Source: a virus
Taxonomy: Duplodnaviria > Caudoviricetes
Strand: one strand, 5' to 3'
Length of the DNA stretch: 64,000 bases
Virus record (IMG/VR): IMGVR_UViG_3300038679_000357
Coordinates: 96,001 to 160,000 of that record
Shown: one piece after another, positions 42,101-50,827 of the stretch
Position numbering within the stretch: position 1 is the first letter of the stretch
How the letters are laid out: each line of letters begins with the position of its first letter
Made by a program: the position numbers and the translations under genes
Notes under the pieces: model-generated
What the model saw: the letters and a program-made list of their open reading frames with translations, nothing else
Told to the model about the DNA's origin: nothing
Databases searched by the model: none

Positions 42101-43098
42101 TCCTCAACTTTTGCCTGCGCCTCAAGATAAGATGAAATCAAGGCTGCATCGTAATATACGGAAGTCCACGAGGATGAGGTGGCTTCTATCGCCTGCTCCC
42201 TTGTGGTGTACCCAAAATTAGACGATACAATATATTCTCTACCAAAAATTGTCTCTGTATATGCAGTTTTAGGGTCTTCCATCTGTAACGGTCTATCAAG
42301 GATGAAAAATGAACCAGCCAAATCTGGGAATAAACCTGACTCCACCTCAGACTTGAATTCAGAAACGTCGGCAATAATTCCAACATCAGATGAGATTGAC
42401 TTTACAGGAAACACCCTGTTATTAACTACTGGTTTGCCAGTTGAAGCATCTGTAGACTTCCAATAACACTTAATATTGAGCGTACCAATATCGGACGCCC
42501 CCATCGTAGAATTTTGGTCAAGCAATGGATTGATCTTGACGGTCAGTGATGAAATACTCACAACAGACGAAGAAACAGTTCCATACTGAAGAACAAATCT
42601 CTTGAAAGAACACTGATGACGATGTTCGAGAAATGGTATGAATGACACAATATTTGTCACAAATACAGAACCGGTTGACATGACAAATGCCAAAAGCATT
42701 AGATCAAATCCATAATGCACGGATTCTTTATATATGTCATTCAACTGGTAATGGAACGTAGCGGGGCGAAATGACGAATATCCAGAAGCAGTATTTGATG
42801 TCGTCAGTAGGTATTGACCGGTTGACAGCCAATTCCAATATCTCCCGCGCATATCGAGAATGGTCGTGTAATTATATCCAACAAGCAAAGCGCTCGGTAG
42901 CGGAATGACTGGACCAATCCACGCACCGACAGGATATTCTCCCGATAGGATATCCAACCTTGTTGCTATTGATTCTGATGGAACGTTTGTCTCAGATATA
43001 GCATAATCCTTGGACAAATTTCTCTCGTATGTCGTGGGAGTCCAGGTTCCCATCCCAGGATAGGTCGGATAGTTATCATATTGTCCTAGTTCAGCCAT
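39196..43098 (-). CDS. Large virion protein at the distal-tail (Dit) position, ~1300 aa
   Basis: Lies between tape measure and hub; C-terminal Asp-box-like motifs (SSDGSSW, TTEGVDW). ATG at 43098 (8-nt overlap with the TMP end) is preferred over TTG at 43146. Confidence 0.55.
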   Translation of the reverse strand: MAELGQYDNYPTYPGMGTWTPTTYERNLSKDYAISETNVPSESIATRLDILSGEYPVGAWIGPVIPLPSALLVGYNYTTILDMRGRYWNWLSTGQYLLTTSNTASGYSSFRPATFHYQLNDIYKESVHYGFDLMLLAFVMSTGSVFVTNIVSFIPFLEHRHQCSFKRFVLQYGTVSSSVVSISSLTVKINPLLDQNSTMGASDIGTLNIKCYWKSTDASTGKPVVNNRVFPVKSISSDVGIIADVSEFKSEVESGLFPDLAGSFFILDRPLQMEDPKTAYTETIFGREYIVSSNFGYTTREQAIEATSSSWTSVYYDAALISSYLEAQAKVEEEKASSSKDTQVVAESNGKAAKYKSEAKAVLTNEPVYDGKSIAVKGASVSVDGVEIVVSDVVLRVMKELGASNVSISLEITSTTLSRHNFGQGTQVGNHVLFTKTGQLEFSAYKVVAHERSGVFTLSTESASSMDSLYDSLSVDGSFRILSGKLWKISDICTNKSGISAPTNTSLDRGLFDVQVESAYAKRIDDTGKISEDDKIPLRVVLKCKFTDRNYYTLDYLRERFLNDLPTDASSTVVRGWKKYNGWRFNRQGNESTKSFSIIGITENRDGIDSSDSGYLYISLDVEAIEEPSVDEYGGNWWISFDDLHPCRSPFNYIATPFLGLNAFLTDIGTNAKIMFDGIYVGSPLSMSVPRNASIRLIEDNPVLFPNISGVDFSLIKVSTAKAYRYVAYMNDDLDEAEYILYERYDDASKAMFIRKGRLGFLNDMNEFLIHHDAGTTDVVATVSGDGSTTQTISVPPLSINNKDVVSIVVRKAMPDRHPVDDKGEYRNTLWRMYQSDRLLGIESTSGKENTIFTRAAGKNTVSGVEDIPFYSNAEYFSGGREVEYRIAGNNSSDDPLAGDGSRYRFVPVLNMDRENSKFASAIVKTVPSEKVVRNAFSRHVFPVNGKAVICVEQPVISYLPSDSSMIDEVRIVPGTESKRESENILPPVGYADIEQNGAFILNSTDSFGSFSSGYFFRRGTGDVLDKTTMWRYPFLAVPNINQCAFSKCGKDIDVVGYSVVENESGDGILAIVHSQVNMINSFGRPVYAFYSKGTPVLLSSSVSLSRNIVIGDGAIEGVDPFVVVEGLSVHPLSIASSGKYKFIVFRTGTVLAWALSSSDGSSWSFYNDISLTPSNYVSSSPSLVVWGDWLLMCYIKDKIELRMKKISIPSLVKFHSRYNSNVVSSTDPSAAARKLREELQVELNNTFDVKITDTFDQQVSFQIGKSGLMRVVFFDNKGLVNAATSTTEGVDWNLSPVNF

Positions 43099-46000
43099 AA
43101 GCGTTTTGGGCGGCGACCTTCCATTCAGATCCGGAGCCTCCTCCAACGTCTTGACCTATGACGCGACCGTTCAACACTAGTGTTCCAATACGCATACCGC
43201 CTGAAATCGACATGGAACTACTATTCATAGATGACGGAGAGATAAGACCTCCGGACTCAAAACCTTTTCTATTAAATGAATCAGAAAGTTCTTTCATACG
43301 AATATCATTAGCTTTTTTCCGATTTTCCAAATTAACAGCCCTAATAGACTGTGTTTTTTTAACAGCGTTGAACGACGCCAAATTTTCTATCATGGACGGG
43401 TCATTAATACCCATTTTTGCAAGCCTTTCACGAGCGTCTTTAAACGCTATTTTATACACTCCAGGATCAATATCTTGAAGGTCAACTGTCTTCATTTTAT
43501 TAGCTAATACAGATTGAATTTCATACATTTTATTCCTTTTTTGCTCATCATTAGAAACACCTGGGCTATCTTTCACAAAACTACTATTTGATTTTTGATC
43601 GCTAGAAATATTTCTTTGTAAAGTAGATCCACCCAAGCCAGTGAACCAAGAAACACCTTTCCCAGCAAGTTTTCCCGCCATATTCGCAGCACCTCTTCCA
43701 GCCATGGATGCAGCTCCAGAAAGAACCTGAACTTCATTTCGATTAGCTATATTGGCATCTAATATATCGGCGGCTGCATGAGCGTTTGTATTAAGTCTAA
43801 CGGCTATTTTTTTACTAGTATGTAAAGCTTTTCTACCGGCAAATTTAGCCAGCTTCCAATAATCAACTGTTCCGCCGTCGGCATACCCGCCATTTATCGC
43901 TTTTAACAGATCTATGTTTTTCTTGGTAGCGTTTGCATTTACTATAAATTCTCCAGTAGCCAATCCAACAGGAGTCTTTCCATCAATCATCCCAGTGAGA
44001 TTATCCTTACTTGACGGAGACCCCGGTATGAGTCCGCCTCCAGCCTTACCACCGGCAGACTTACCTCCATTAATAATCACGTTACCTGCAACGTCTATAG
44101 CCGCAGACTGTGTATTCATTTCTGGAATTACGCCAGCTTGAGCCGTACTCCTCTCTAAGTCTGCAGCCTTTGATGTACCGGGTCCACCACCCTTTATTTC
44201 AGCTTTTTCATTGCGCATAATATCTTTCATATATTCGGCAGCAACAGTGCCTTCCATCGACCCAGGACCTTTGAATCCTTGTTGAGTGTATTGCGCCGCA
44301 CCCTCCATTCCCGTTGACCCAGCAAACGGATTGATCGTAGCAAAGCCACGACTGAACGCTCCGCCAAAATCTTTTCCAGCCCCAACCATTTGCATCTGCT
44401 GCATAGAAACAAGTCCACGATTCGAACTTGCAACTAAATCTGAAACAAGGTTACTGCTTGTGGTCATCTCATTAATTACATCAAGATAACCTTCCTTCAG
44501 TGCCAAAGCCTTTTCGATACGCTTACTATCAAGATCAAGAAGTTTATTCCCTATCTCTAACTCCTTGTTCTGAAGAACTAGGAATTTATCAAGTGTTTTT
44601 ATGCGCTTGTCATTTGGATCTTTAGCAATTAACTCCTGCTGCATCGCATTTATCTTAGCGAGAGCTTCGGCATTTCCAGAATATGCCTGAGCCATCACAT
44701 CAAGACCAAGCCCGGTTTCTTTCTGAACATCTCTTGCAGTCTTAGCTGCTTCCGATCCGACAAGGGCTCGCTCTTTTTCGACCGCAGCAATACGCTTTAC
44801 AATAACGTCATAAACCCTTTTTTCACCCTGGAAATGTGCCGAATATCCAGCCGCAGTTTTTCCAAGAAGATCAGCTCTTTTTTGTTCACGCTCCTCAATC
44901 TTAGCGAGCATCGCCTCTTCCGCACTATGTTTTACCGTCATACTATCCATATCAAGGCTCATCTGCTGGATGGAAGCTTGGCGCTGTTTAACATCCAAAT
45001 TCATTTTTCTTTCCTCACGTTCTGCCTCAATAATCTTTTTAAGGCGAACTTCTGCTATAGAAGCATCGGCTATATCTATTGCTTTTAACTGTTCTTTTAC
45101 GTTAAGCTCTTTAACTAATACATCGAACTTTTTCTTTGCCGCTTCTAGCTTTTGTGTGTCCGCACTTCTTTGCGCTGGAGTGGCGTCAACATCCAATGCC
45201 TTGCCACTTGCATCCATCATTTCTTTTAACGCCCCAACCAATTTTGCTTTGTTATCGTCGCTAATACCAACATTACCCATTTTGTTTTTAAGGTTACTTT
45301 CCATGTCTTCTGTGAAATAAACCTTCTCCATCTTCTCAAGCTCTTCTCGCTGACCTTCAATGGCTTCTAGCGCCTTTTTAGCCTGAGTTGCCTGAATTTG
45401 AGTCCATCTTGCCACCTCACCCATCATAAATGGATTCTGTGCCATGGAATCTTTCATAGAAGAGGCGTGTCCAGCAATCTTTTCGTATGCAGAACGAATC
45501 TTTTCTAGCTGCTCGTTTGATTTATTGTAATTATTAACAAGAGCTAGGGATGTTGCTTTTTGTTTTTCTTGCTGTTCAAATATCGCCCGATTTTTTTCAT
45601 ACTTAGAAGAAATCTCCTTACCAAGCTTTCTTTCTATAGTTTCTATATCGACACCAACATCTCTACGCAGTGCGTCGATCATTAATAACTTTTTGCTTTC
45701 GTCACTCTGCCTTTTTATTAAGTTAAAAATATCCTCTTGCGACTTTATTCTCGTTCCTTCCTTGACCTCTATTTTATCACCAAGTCTATCAAGAGATTCA
45801 AGCATTTTCTTCGTTTTTGCGTCCCCTTCTTCGCCACCGCCAAAAAACGACCCAGCCATACCGCCAGCCAGACCACCAAGACTAGATCCAGCCATAGCCC
45901 CCATCGGACCGCCAAGCGCAAACCCAACACCGGCACCAAGAGCCGTGCCAGCCATCGTTCCAACACCAGACCACATTTGCGAATCCCCAGCAATACCTCT

Positions 46001-47290
46001 GGAATAAGTATCAGAGAGTGTTCCACCAGCGACATGCCCGCCAGCAGATGCGCCTTGATATGTATTGTAAGCACCAATTCCAACTCCAGCGACAACCGTG
46101 CTGGCAACTCCCAATCCAGCCATCTTCCCCTTCATGCCGCCAATACCACCCGTTGCGTTCTTCGTCTCAAAGCCAAACGCCCTCATATTGTCGGTCATGC
46201 TCTTTATTGACTCAGCAACAGACATAAAGGATGTTATGCCAATGGCTTTAAGTGACAATATAACCGCAGGAACGATAGAGAACTTATTCATTATTTTATC
46301 GACAGCAGTAACAAGCTTCGTCATGCCCTTTTCAATCGCGATAAGAGCAGTCTCAGAATTTTTTCCTGCGGCTACATTAGCGTCAGAAATTGCCTTCTGT
46401 CTTTCCTGAACGACAGTCTCATAGTCTAATAATTTTTTCTGTTCCTTATTAATGCTTGAATACGCCTGGGCAATAGTAAATAGCTGACGACTACTTGCTC
46501 CATACCCCTTCATCGTCATCAACAATGACGACATACTAGAAGCAGACGATTTTCCCGTCCTACTAAAACGGTCAAGATCATCGACCATTCCAGGAAGCAT
46601 ATTGTCTAATTCAGCAAAGCGCTGAGTCATTTCCCTGATAACTTCTGGAGAACCACCAAATTGATCGCGAGCCAAGCTCGTTATACCCTCTAATTTACGA
46701 ATCGTATTCCCGGCGACGTTCCCCATCTCATGAAAATCTTTAGTCAATTCAGCCATTTGAATGTGACTAAGATTTGCTGCACGAGCCATGCGCTCCATCT
46801 TAGCTGAATCAAGCTCTTTCCCCATCACCTGCAATTGATGACTGACCTGGAATGTGGCGCGATTGAATTTAGTAATGGATTCGGTAACGGAATTCAACTT
46901 AAATAGAGTTCCGCCACTGATCTTATCATTGAATTTTCCAACACCAGAAGTCAATTTATCAAGAGTTGAAGCCGTCATGTTCATTTTAACGACCCAATCT
47001 CCGGCGCTAAACATTGCCGCCTTCATCGCCAAAGCCATCTTTTTCTGCATTAATTCAGATTCGCGCATTTCCTTGATATTATCTTTCAAGCTATCGCGTA
47101 TGGCTTTCGTACTTTTTCCAAAAGCGGCAAAGGCTGAATTACTAGTATAAACCTCCTTCGTCAAGGAGATCATATTTGCCTTAAAGGCGGCATTACGCTG
47201 AGACAATCCAAGTATAGCGCCGTCTACATCTTTCAGTCCCTTGGAAAGATCAGAAAAAGATTTGACTATGTCATCGTAACTCATTGCCAT
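43091..47290 (-). CDS. Tail tape measure protein, ~1399 aa
   Basis: Long Ala/Lys/Glu helical regions; Gly-zipper segment; C-terminal GGLIPG...D...LATGEFIVNA...LLKAINGGYADGG TMP motif; downstream of the chaperones. Start placed at ATG 47290. Confidence 0.9.
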   Translation of the reverse strand: MAMSYDDIVKSFSDLSKGLKDVDGAILGLSQRNAAFKANMISLTKEVYTSNSAFAAFGKSTKAIRDSLKDNIKEMRESELMQKKMALAMKAAMFSAGDWVVKMNMTASTLDKLTSGVGKFNDKISGGTLFKLNSVTESITKFNRATFQVSHQLQVMGKELDSAKMERMARAANLSHIQMAELTKDFHEMGNVAGNTIRKLEGITSLARDQFGGSPEVIREMTQRFAELDNMLPGMVDDLDRFSRTGKSSASSMSSLLMTMKGYGASSRQLFTIAQAYSSINKEQKKLLDYETVVQERQKAISDANVAAGKNSETALIAIEKGMTKLVTAVDKIMNKFSIVPAVILSLKAIGITSFMSVAESIKSMTDNMRAFGFETKNATGGIGGMKGKMAGLGVASTVVAGVGIGAYNTYQGASAGGHVAGGTLSDTYSRGIAGDSQMWSGVGTMAGTALGAGVGFALGGPMGAMAGSSLGGLAGGMAGSFFGGGEEGDAKTKKMLESLDRLGDKIEVKEGTRIKSQEDIFNLIKRQSDESKKLLMIDALRRDVGVDIETIERKLGKEISSKYEKNRAIFEQQEKQKATSLALVNNYNKSNEQLEKIRSAYEKIAGHASSMKDSMAQNPFMMGEVARWTQIQATQAKKALEAIEGQREELEKMEKVYFTEDMESNLKNKMGNVGISDDNKAKLVGALKEMMDASGKALDVDATPAQRSADTQKLEAAKKKFDVLVKELNVKEQLKAIDIADASIAEVRLKKIIEAEREERKMNLDVKQRQASIQQMSLDMDSMTVKHSAEEAMLAKIEEREQKRADLLGKTAAGYSAHFQGEKRVYDVIVKRIAAVEKERALVGSEAAKTARDVQKETGLGLDVMAQAYSGNAEALAKINAMQQELIAKDPNDKRIKTLDKFLVLQNKELEIGNKLLDLDSKRIEKALALKEGYLDVINEMTTSSNLVSDLVASSNRGLVSMQQMQMVGAGKDFGGAFSRGFATINPFAGSTGMEGAAQYTQQGFKGPGSMEGTVAAEYMKDIMRNEKAEIKGGGPGTSKAADLERSTAQAGVIPEMNTQSAAIDVAGNVIINGGKSAGGKAGGGLIPGSPSSKDNLTGMIDGKTPVGLATGEFIVNANATKKNIDLLKAINGGYADGGTVDYWKLAKFAGRKALHTSKKIAVRLNTNAHAAADILDANIANRNEVQVLSGAASMAGRGAANMAGKLAGKGVSWFTGLGGSTLQRNISSDQKSNSSFVKDSPGVSNDEQKRNKMYEIQSVLANKMKTVDLQDIDPGVYKIAFKDARERLAKMGINDPSMIENLASFNAVKKTQSIRAVNLENRKKANDIRMKELSDSFNRKGFESGGLISPSSMNSSSMSISGGMRIGTLVLNGRVIGQDVGGGSGSEWKVAAQNAYG

Positions 47291-47353
47291 ATGGAAAGCC
47301 TGCAAAGTGAATCAATCTATCGATTTATTTCAAATGATCAGAAAGAAATCCTT

Positions 47354-49591
47354 TTACTTGGGAGGCGGTGTTCTAACCTGATCAGCTCTCGTGACTACGT
47401 TTGGATCTGGAAGATCCTGTGTTGGCTCTGCACCTCCGACATCGTTCGCGGCATTTTTCACATCCTCATCATTAAGTCGAATGTTATCTTTACCGGGATC
47501 AGAAAAGTTTCCAGCGTTCTCATCTTCATCCGATAACTTAATTTTTTCATCCTCATCAATCCTACTAACAAGAACCCTCAATGAATCAGCCACGCCTATA
47601 CCACAACAGAAAGCATAAAAATAGCTACCCTGAGTAGCGTTTCCACCTGGATTATCAATAACAGCCTGGACTGAGTCCATAATGAGAGGAACAGGAAGAT
47701 TAGGGAGATCAGAAACCTTTGTTATGACCGGAGGACTACTCGACTTCTTTCCAGATATCCCAGGAACAGATGGTGGTTTTTGCGGCTGATATGGAGTATT
47801 GCTTCCCGCACCTTGAACAGCTTTAATCATTCTGTCTACAGCGATATCTCCAGCCTTCGTCGTAGAAAGAACCATTGCTTTGTTGGCGTTAGGATCTTCT
47901 ATATTTGGATCTATTGCATATTGATCTACATTTGTCTCAACATTCTTCAATTCTTCCTTCGAAACAGTATTCCCCCAAAAACCGCCAACGCCAATAATTG
48001 GATCTGGTTTTCCATCTCGAATGTAATACTTCGCAAGAAACGCCTCATCATTCTTGTTTTTCGCCCCGCCTTCTACTAGTTCATTCCATTTTGCTGCAAG
48101 TGCATTTGGAGAATTTTCAAAAACACTTAGTGCAGATGGATACTGGCTAAATATCAACTTCATAATTCCATTAGGGTCGTACAACTGCGAGGTAAACATC
48201 GTCTTGAATTTTTCATAAAAATCAATAAACATCTTACGTTTTACACTTGATGGAATTCTATTACCAGTGCTCGTTGAGGTTGACATTTCATCAATATCAG
48301 ACGTCTCAATCCCGGCATCCCTCAGCTTTCCCTTAAATGAATTGAAAAAACGATCGCCAATCATATTTACGGCTGTCGCTGAAGCAATTTTTGACGCAGC
48401 TCGACGCGAGCCCTTCAACAACGTCTCAATAAAACTCTTGTAACTCTCATCTACTCGAACAATACCATACAAGCAACACCCAATAACAAACGCAGCTCCA
48501 GACCTACCAATTGCCTGAGCATCCGTAGATGGATCATAAACCTTATTTGGCTTCAGTTTTTTCTTGCTTACATAACTCTGATACGTTACCGTATCGAAGG
48601 ACTCCTTAAACGCATCAATAATCGCGTTAGACGCCCCTTTTGCCAATGCTACAAAATCATCTGTATTTACGTTTGTATTAGAACTTAAATTGGTTACTAC
48701 ATCCTGTAGATTTTTGTCTAAGTATTTATTATATCCATCGGTTATATTATTCAAAATAACACTAGATACGTCACCTTGCTTATTTGCAGTAGCAGAAACA
48801 GACGCAGCTTGCAATAACTCTTTTTCCTTATTTACAATTGCCGAGCTGTCAATTTTACTGCTCCCAATCGGATTTCCACTACCATCCTTGATTTCCGCCA
48901 TTTTTTCCATTAACAACACAAAAGCTTGAGACTCTCTCCAAGCAGAAACTACATCTGATCTTACTTTTTCCGAAATATCCATCAACGCAGCTTCACTTAT
49001 TGTTTTCAATAAATCAGAAAAATCGCTACCACTCTTAACCTGATGGATAAGCCCAATTAATCTAGCTACAAAAAACGCCTTACGAGACGGATCAATATTA
49101 CTTGGAATAAACCTTACTAGCTCTTCAAATTCAACGGCTTTATTTGCATTAGACCCCTTAAATAAATTCATCATCTTATTGACAAAAGCATCACTTAACG
49201 CAAGTGGTTCTTTAGAAACTAAATGAGCCAAACTAGAAACTACCGAAACAACTCTCATTTGAGCTTCATTTACGGCACTATCTTTCATCATCTCGTCCGC
49301 TATACTATTAAATATCGACGAAGATGGTTTATTCTCGGCAAGAGACGTTACAAGATTAAACAGATGTTCAGAATATAAATCGCCTAAAATAGACTGGTTC
49401 ATTTCAATATACTTGTAAACATCCCATATAGGATGTCCTTGAACCTGTCCAGACGCTTTTGTACATGCCTCATGGGCTTTTTTCTGAGCGTCAGCTAATG
49501 ACGCGAGAACCAACTTACGGGTAGTTAATTCAGCTACCGAGGATGGCAGTGTAGATATTCTCTTCCACCAACTTTTGTTCGAGCATGTCAA
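47354..49591 (-). CDS. Hypothetical helical protein (~745 aa, start uncertain), possibly an internal/ejected virion protein
   Basis: Long open frame between chaperones and TMP; the TTG start overlaps the upstream gene; no motif recognised. Confidence 0.55.
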   Translation of the reverse strand: MTCSNKSWWKRISTLPSSVAELTTRKLVLASLADAQKKAHEACTKASGQVQGHPIWDVYKYIEMNQSILGDLYSEHLFNLVTSLAENKPSSSIFNSIADEMMKDSAVNEAQMRVVSVVSSLAHLVSKEPLALSDAFVNKMMNLFKGSNANKAVEFEELVRFIPSNIDPSRKAFFVARLIGLIHQVKSGSDFSDLLKTISEAALMDISEKVRSDVVSAWRESQAFVLLMEKMAEIKDGSGNPIGSSKIDSSAIVNKEKELLQAASVSATANKQGDVSSVILNNITDGYNKYLDKNLQDVVTNLSSNTNVNTDDFVALAKGASNAIIDAFKESFDTVTYQSYVSKKKLKPNKVYDPSTDAQAIGRSGAAFVIGCCLYGIVRVDESYKSFIETLLKGSRRAASKIASATAVNMIGDRFFNSFKGKLRDAGIETSDIDEMSTSTSTGNRIPSSVKRKMFIDFYEKFKTMFTSQLYDPNGIMKLIFSQYPSALSVFENSPNALAAKWNELVEGGAKNKNDEAFLAKYYIRDGKPDPIIGVGGFWGNTVSKEELKNVETNVDQYAIDPNIEDPNANKAMVLSTTKAGDIAVDRMIKAVQGAGSNTPYQPQKPPSVPGISGKKSSSPPVITKVSDLPNLPVPLIMDSVQAVIDNPGGNATQGSYFYAFCCGIGVADSLRVLVSRIDEDEKIKLSDEDENAGNFSDPGKDNIRLNDEDVKNAANDVGGAEPTQDLPDPNVVTRADQVRTPPPK

Positions 49592-50006
49592 GAAAACACC
49601 TCATAATATCAGGTCTAGTTTTACCAAGAGATTCAGAATCCAGTTGAACGGGAGTTCCATCGTTGTCAACAACATTCCATGATGTCGCCATACATTCAAA
49701 AAGCAACTGCCGGAAGGAGGCTGTATCCAGCGTCTGAACGCCATTAATGTGATAAGTGCTTTCTCGTATGATCTGCCTACTCTTACTCCAGTCAGGTATT
49801 ACAAGCTTGATAGTGATAGATTTCGCACCTTCTATGATCGCTACCGGCTTATTGCCAATCGTTCCTGGAACGACAACAATATTTGTTCCCTCTTTCTTGT
49901 AATACACAGTTAGATCAAATGAATCCTTGTCAGAAACCATAATGTCATCGACACATGGATTCTGAACAACTCCCTCATCTACATTAGCTACGCTTAAATC
50001 GTCCAT
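49530..50006 (-). CDS. Second tail assembly chaperone-like protein (paralog of 50290..50742), 158 aa
   Basis: Aligns by eye: K.....W...R.I..E......LDT...........W......G......D...L....P......L. Confidence 0.6.
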   Translation of the reverse strand: MDDLSVANVDEGVVQNPCVDDIMVSDKDSFDLTVYYKKEGTNIVVVPGTIGNKPVAIIEGAKSITIKLVIPDWSKSRQIIRESTYHINGVQTLDTASFRQLLFECMATSWNVVDNDGTPVQLDSESLGKTRPDIMRCFLDMLEQKLVEENIYTAILGS

Positions 50007-50008
50007 TT

Positions 50009-50230
50009 TTATCTCCTTACTTTCTTTTTAGTTGAAGATCCGATAACTTTTTTCCCAGGATCTGCGTCAGCCATATTTTCTCCCATTGCCTCTGCGGCAG
50101 CTTCCACCTGCGCCCTGGCGTTCATAACGGTGAATATCTGCTGCATCTTCACGTGAGAAATTGCATCAATTTGATTTGGAGTCCATCCAAATTTCTCCAT
50201 AAACAACAACTCTAAAACTTCATCCGGCAT
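50009..50230 (-). CDS. C-terminal part of the frameshifted tail assembly chaperone (lambda gpGT-like)
   Basis: In the -1 frame relative to 50290..50742, open from the slippery site to TAA at 50009; LFMEKFGWTPNQID is typical of gpT-like domains. Confidence 0.8.
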   Translation of the reverse strand: MPDEVLELLFMEKFGWTPNQIDAISHVKMQQIFTVMNARAQVEAAAEAMGENMADADPGKKVIGSSTKKKVRR

Positions 50231-50289
50231 TTTCCTCTCGGACCCACCATTCCCATTTTTTTGAGAACTGAAGTATAGATGAGCCGAGA

Positions 50290-50742
50290 CTAGGAGTTTT
50301 TTTCCATCTCCGGCGACATATCGCCTTCTTCATCGTACAGTTTAAGAAGCAACTCGGCAACGACTGGATTAAGAGATCTTATGGTTTTTTCATCTGGCTT
50401 TGTCTTGACCCTTTCCCCCTCACTATTAACCCTCATAAAATCCCACTCAATCAAAACGGCGCACAATTTTTTAAATTCATGTTCGTAGGTATCAAGGTAT
50501 TTCATCATGCTCTCAGGATCATTCTTAATGCATTCTTTCGTAATCCTGGTATACTCACCCCATGTCAGCATCTTAAACTTTACAGTATGAAGAGAAAATC
50601 CCTTTCCCTCCAACTTAGCGATAGCTTCTTTCGTTCTTTTTGCATCAGGCAAAGATGGTACTTTTACCGCATCAACCTTCTTTGAGTCATATACTTTTGC
50701 GTAAAAACTCTTCTCAAAAAAACTATCATTATCAACAAACAT
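50290..50742 (-). CDS. Tail assembly chaperone (lambda gpG-like), 150 aa
   Basis: Lies between tube and TMP; ends ...GAA AAA AAC TCC TAG with an A-AAA-AAC heptamer. Confidence 0.8.
   Translation of the reverse strand: MFVDNDSFFEKSFYAKVYDSKKVDAVKVPSLPDAKRTKEAIAKLEGKGFSLHTVKFKMLTWGEYTRITKECIKNDPESMMKYLDTYEHEFKKLCAVLIEWDFMRVNSEGERVKTKPDEKTIRSLNPVVAELLLKLYDEEGDMSPEMEKNS
50296..50302 (-). promoter_or_regulatory. Programmed -1 ribosomal frameshift slippery site A AAA AAC
   Basis: X XXY YYZ heptamer in the correct phase, one sense codon (TCC) before the stop; the -1 frame joins the downstream ORF with no stop, giving a 244-aa fusion. Confidence 0.85.
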
Positions 50743-50782
50743 AAAAAACTCCGTTGTTATCCTATTTGATTATACAACGGAG
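50743..50782 (-). terminator. Hairpin (9-bp stem, 16-nt loop) plus U6, overlapping the promoter and RBS of the chaperone gene
   Basis: CTCCGTTGT-N16-ACAACGGAG-TTTTTT-ATG on the minus strand. Confidence 0.6.
50765..50780 (-). promoter_or_regulatory. Putative phage promoter CCGTTGTATAATCAAA
   Basis: Identical 16-mer at 63705..63720 (+); contains TATAAT; 22 nt upstream of ATG 50742. Confidence 0.7.
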
Positions 50783-50827
50783 AGCATATAGCTTTTGCTT
50801 GGATCAGCCATCAATTTTCGTGGCATC

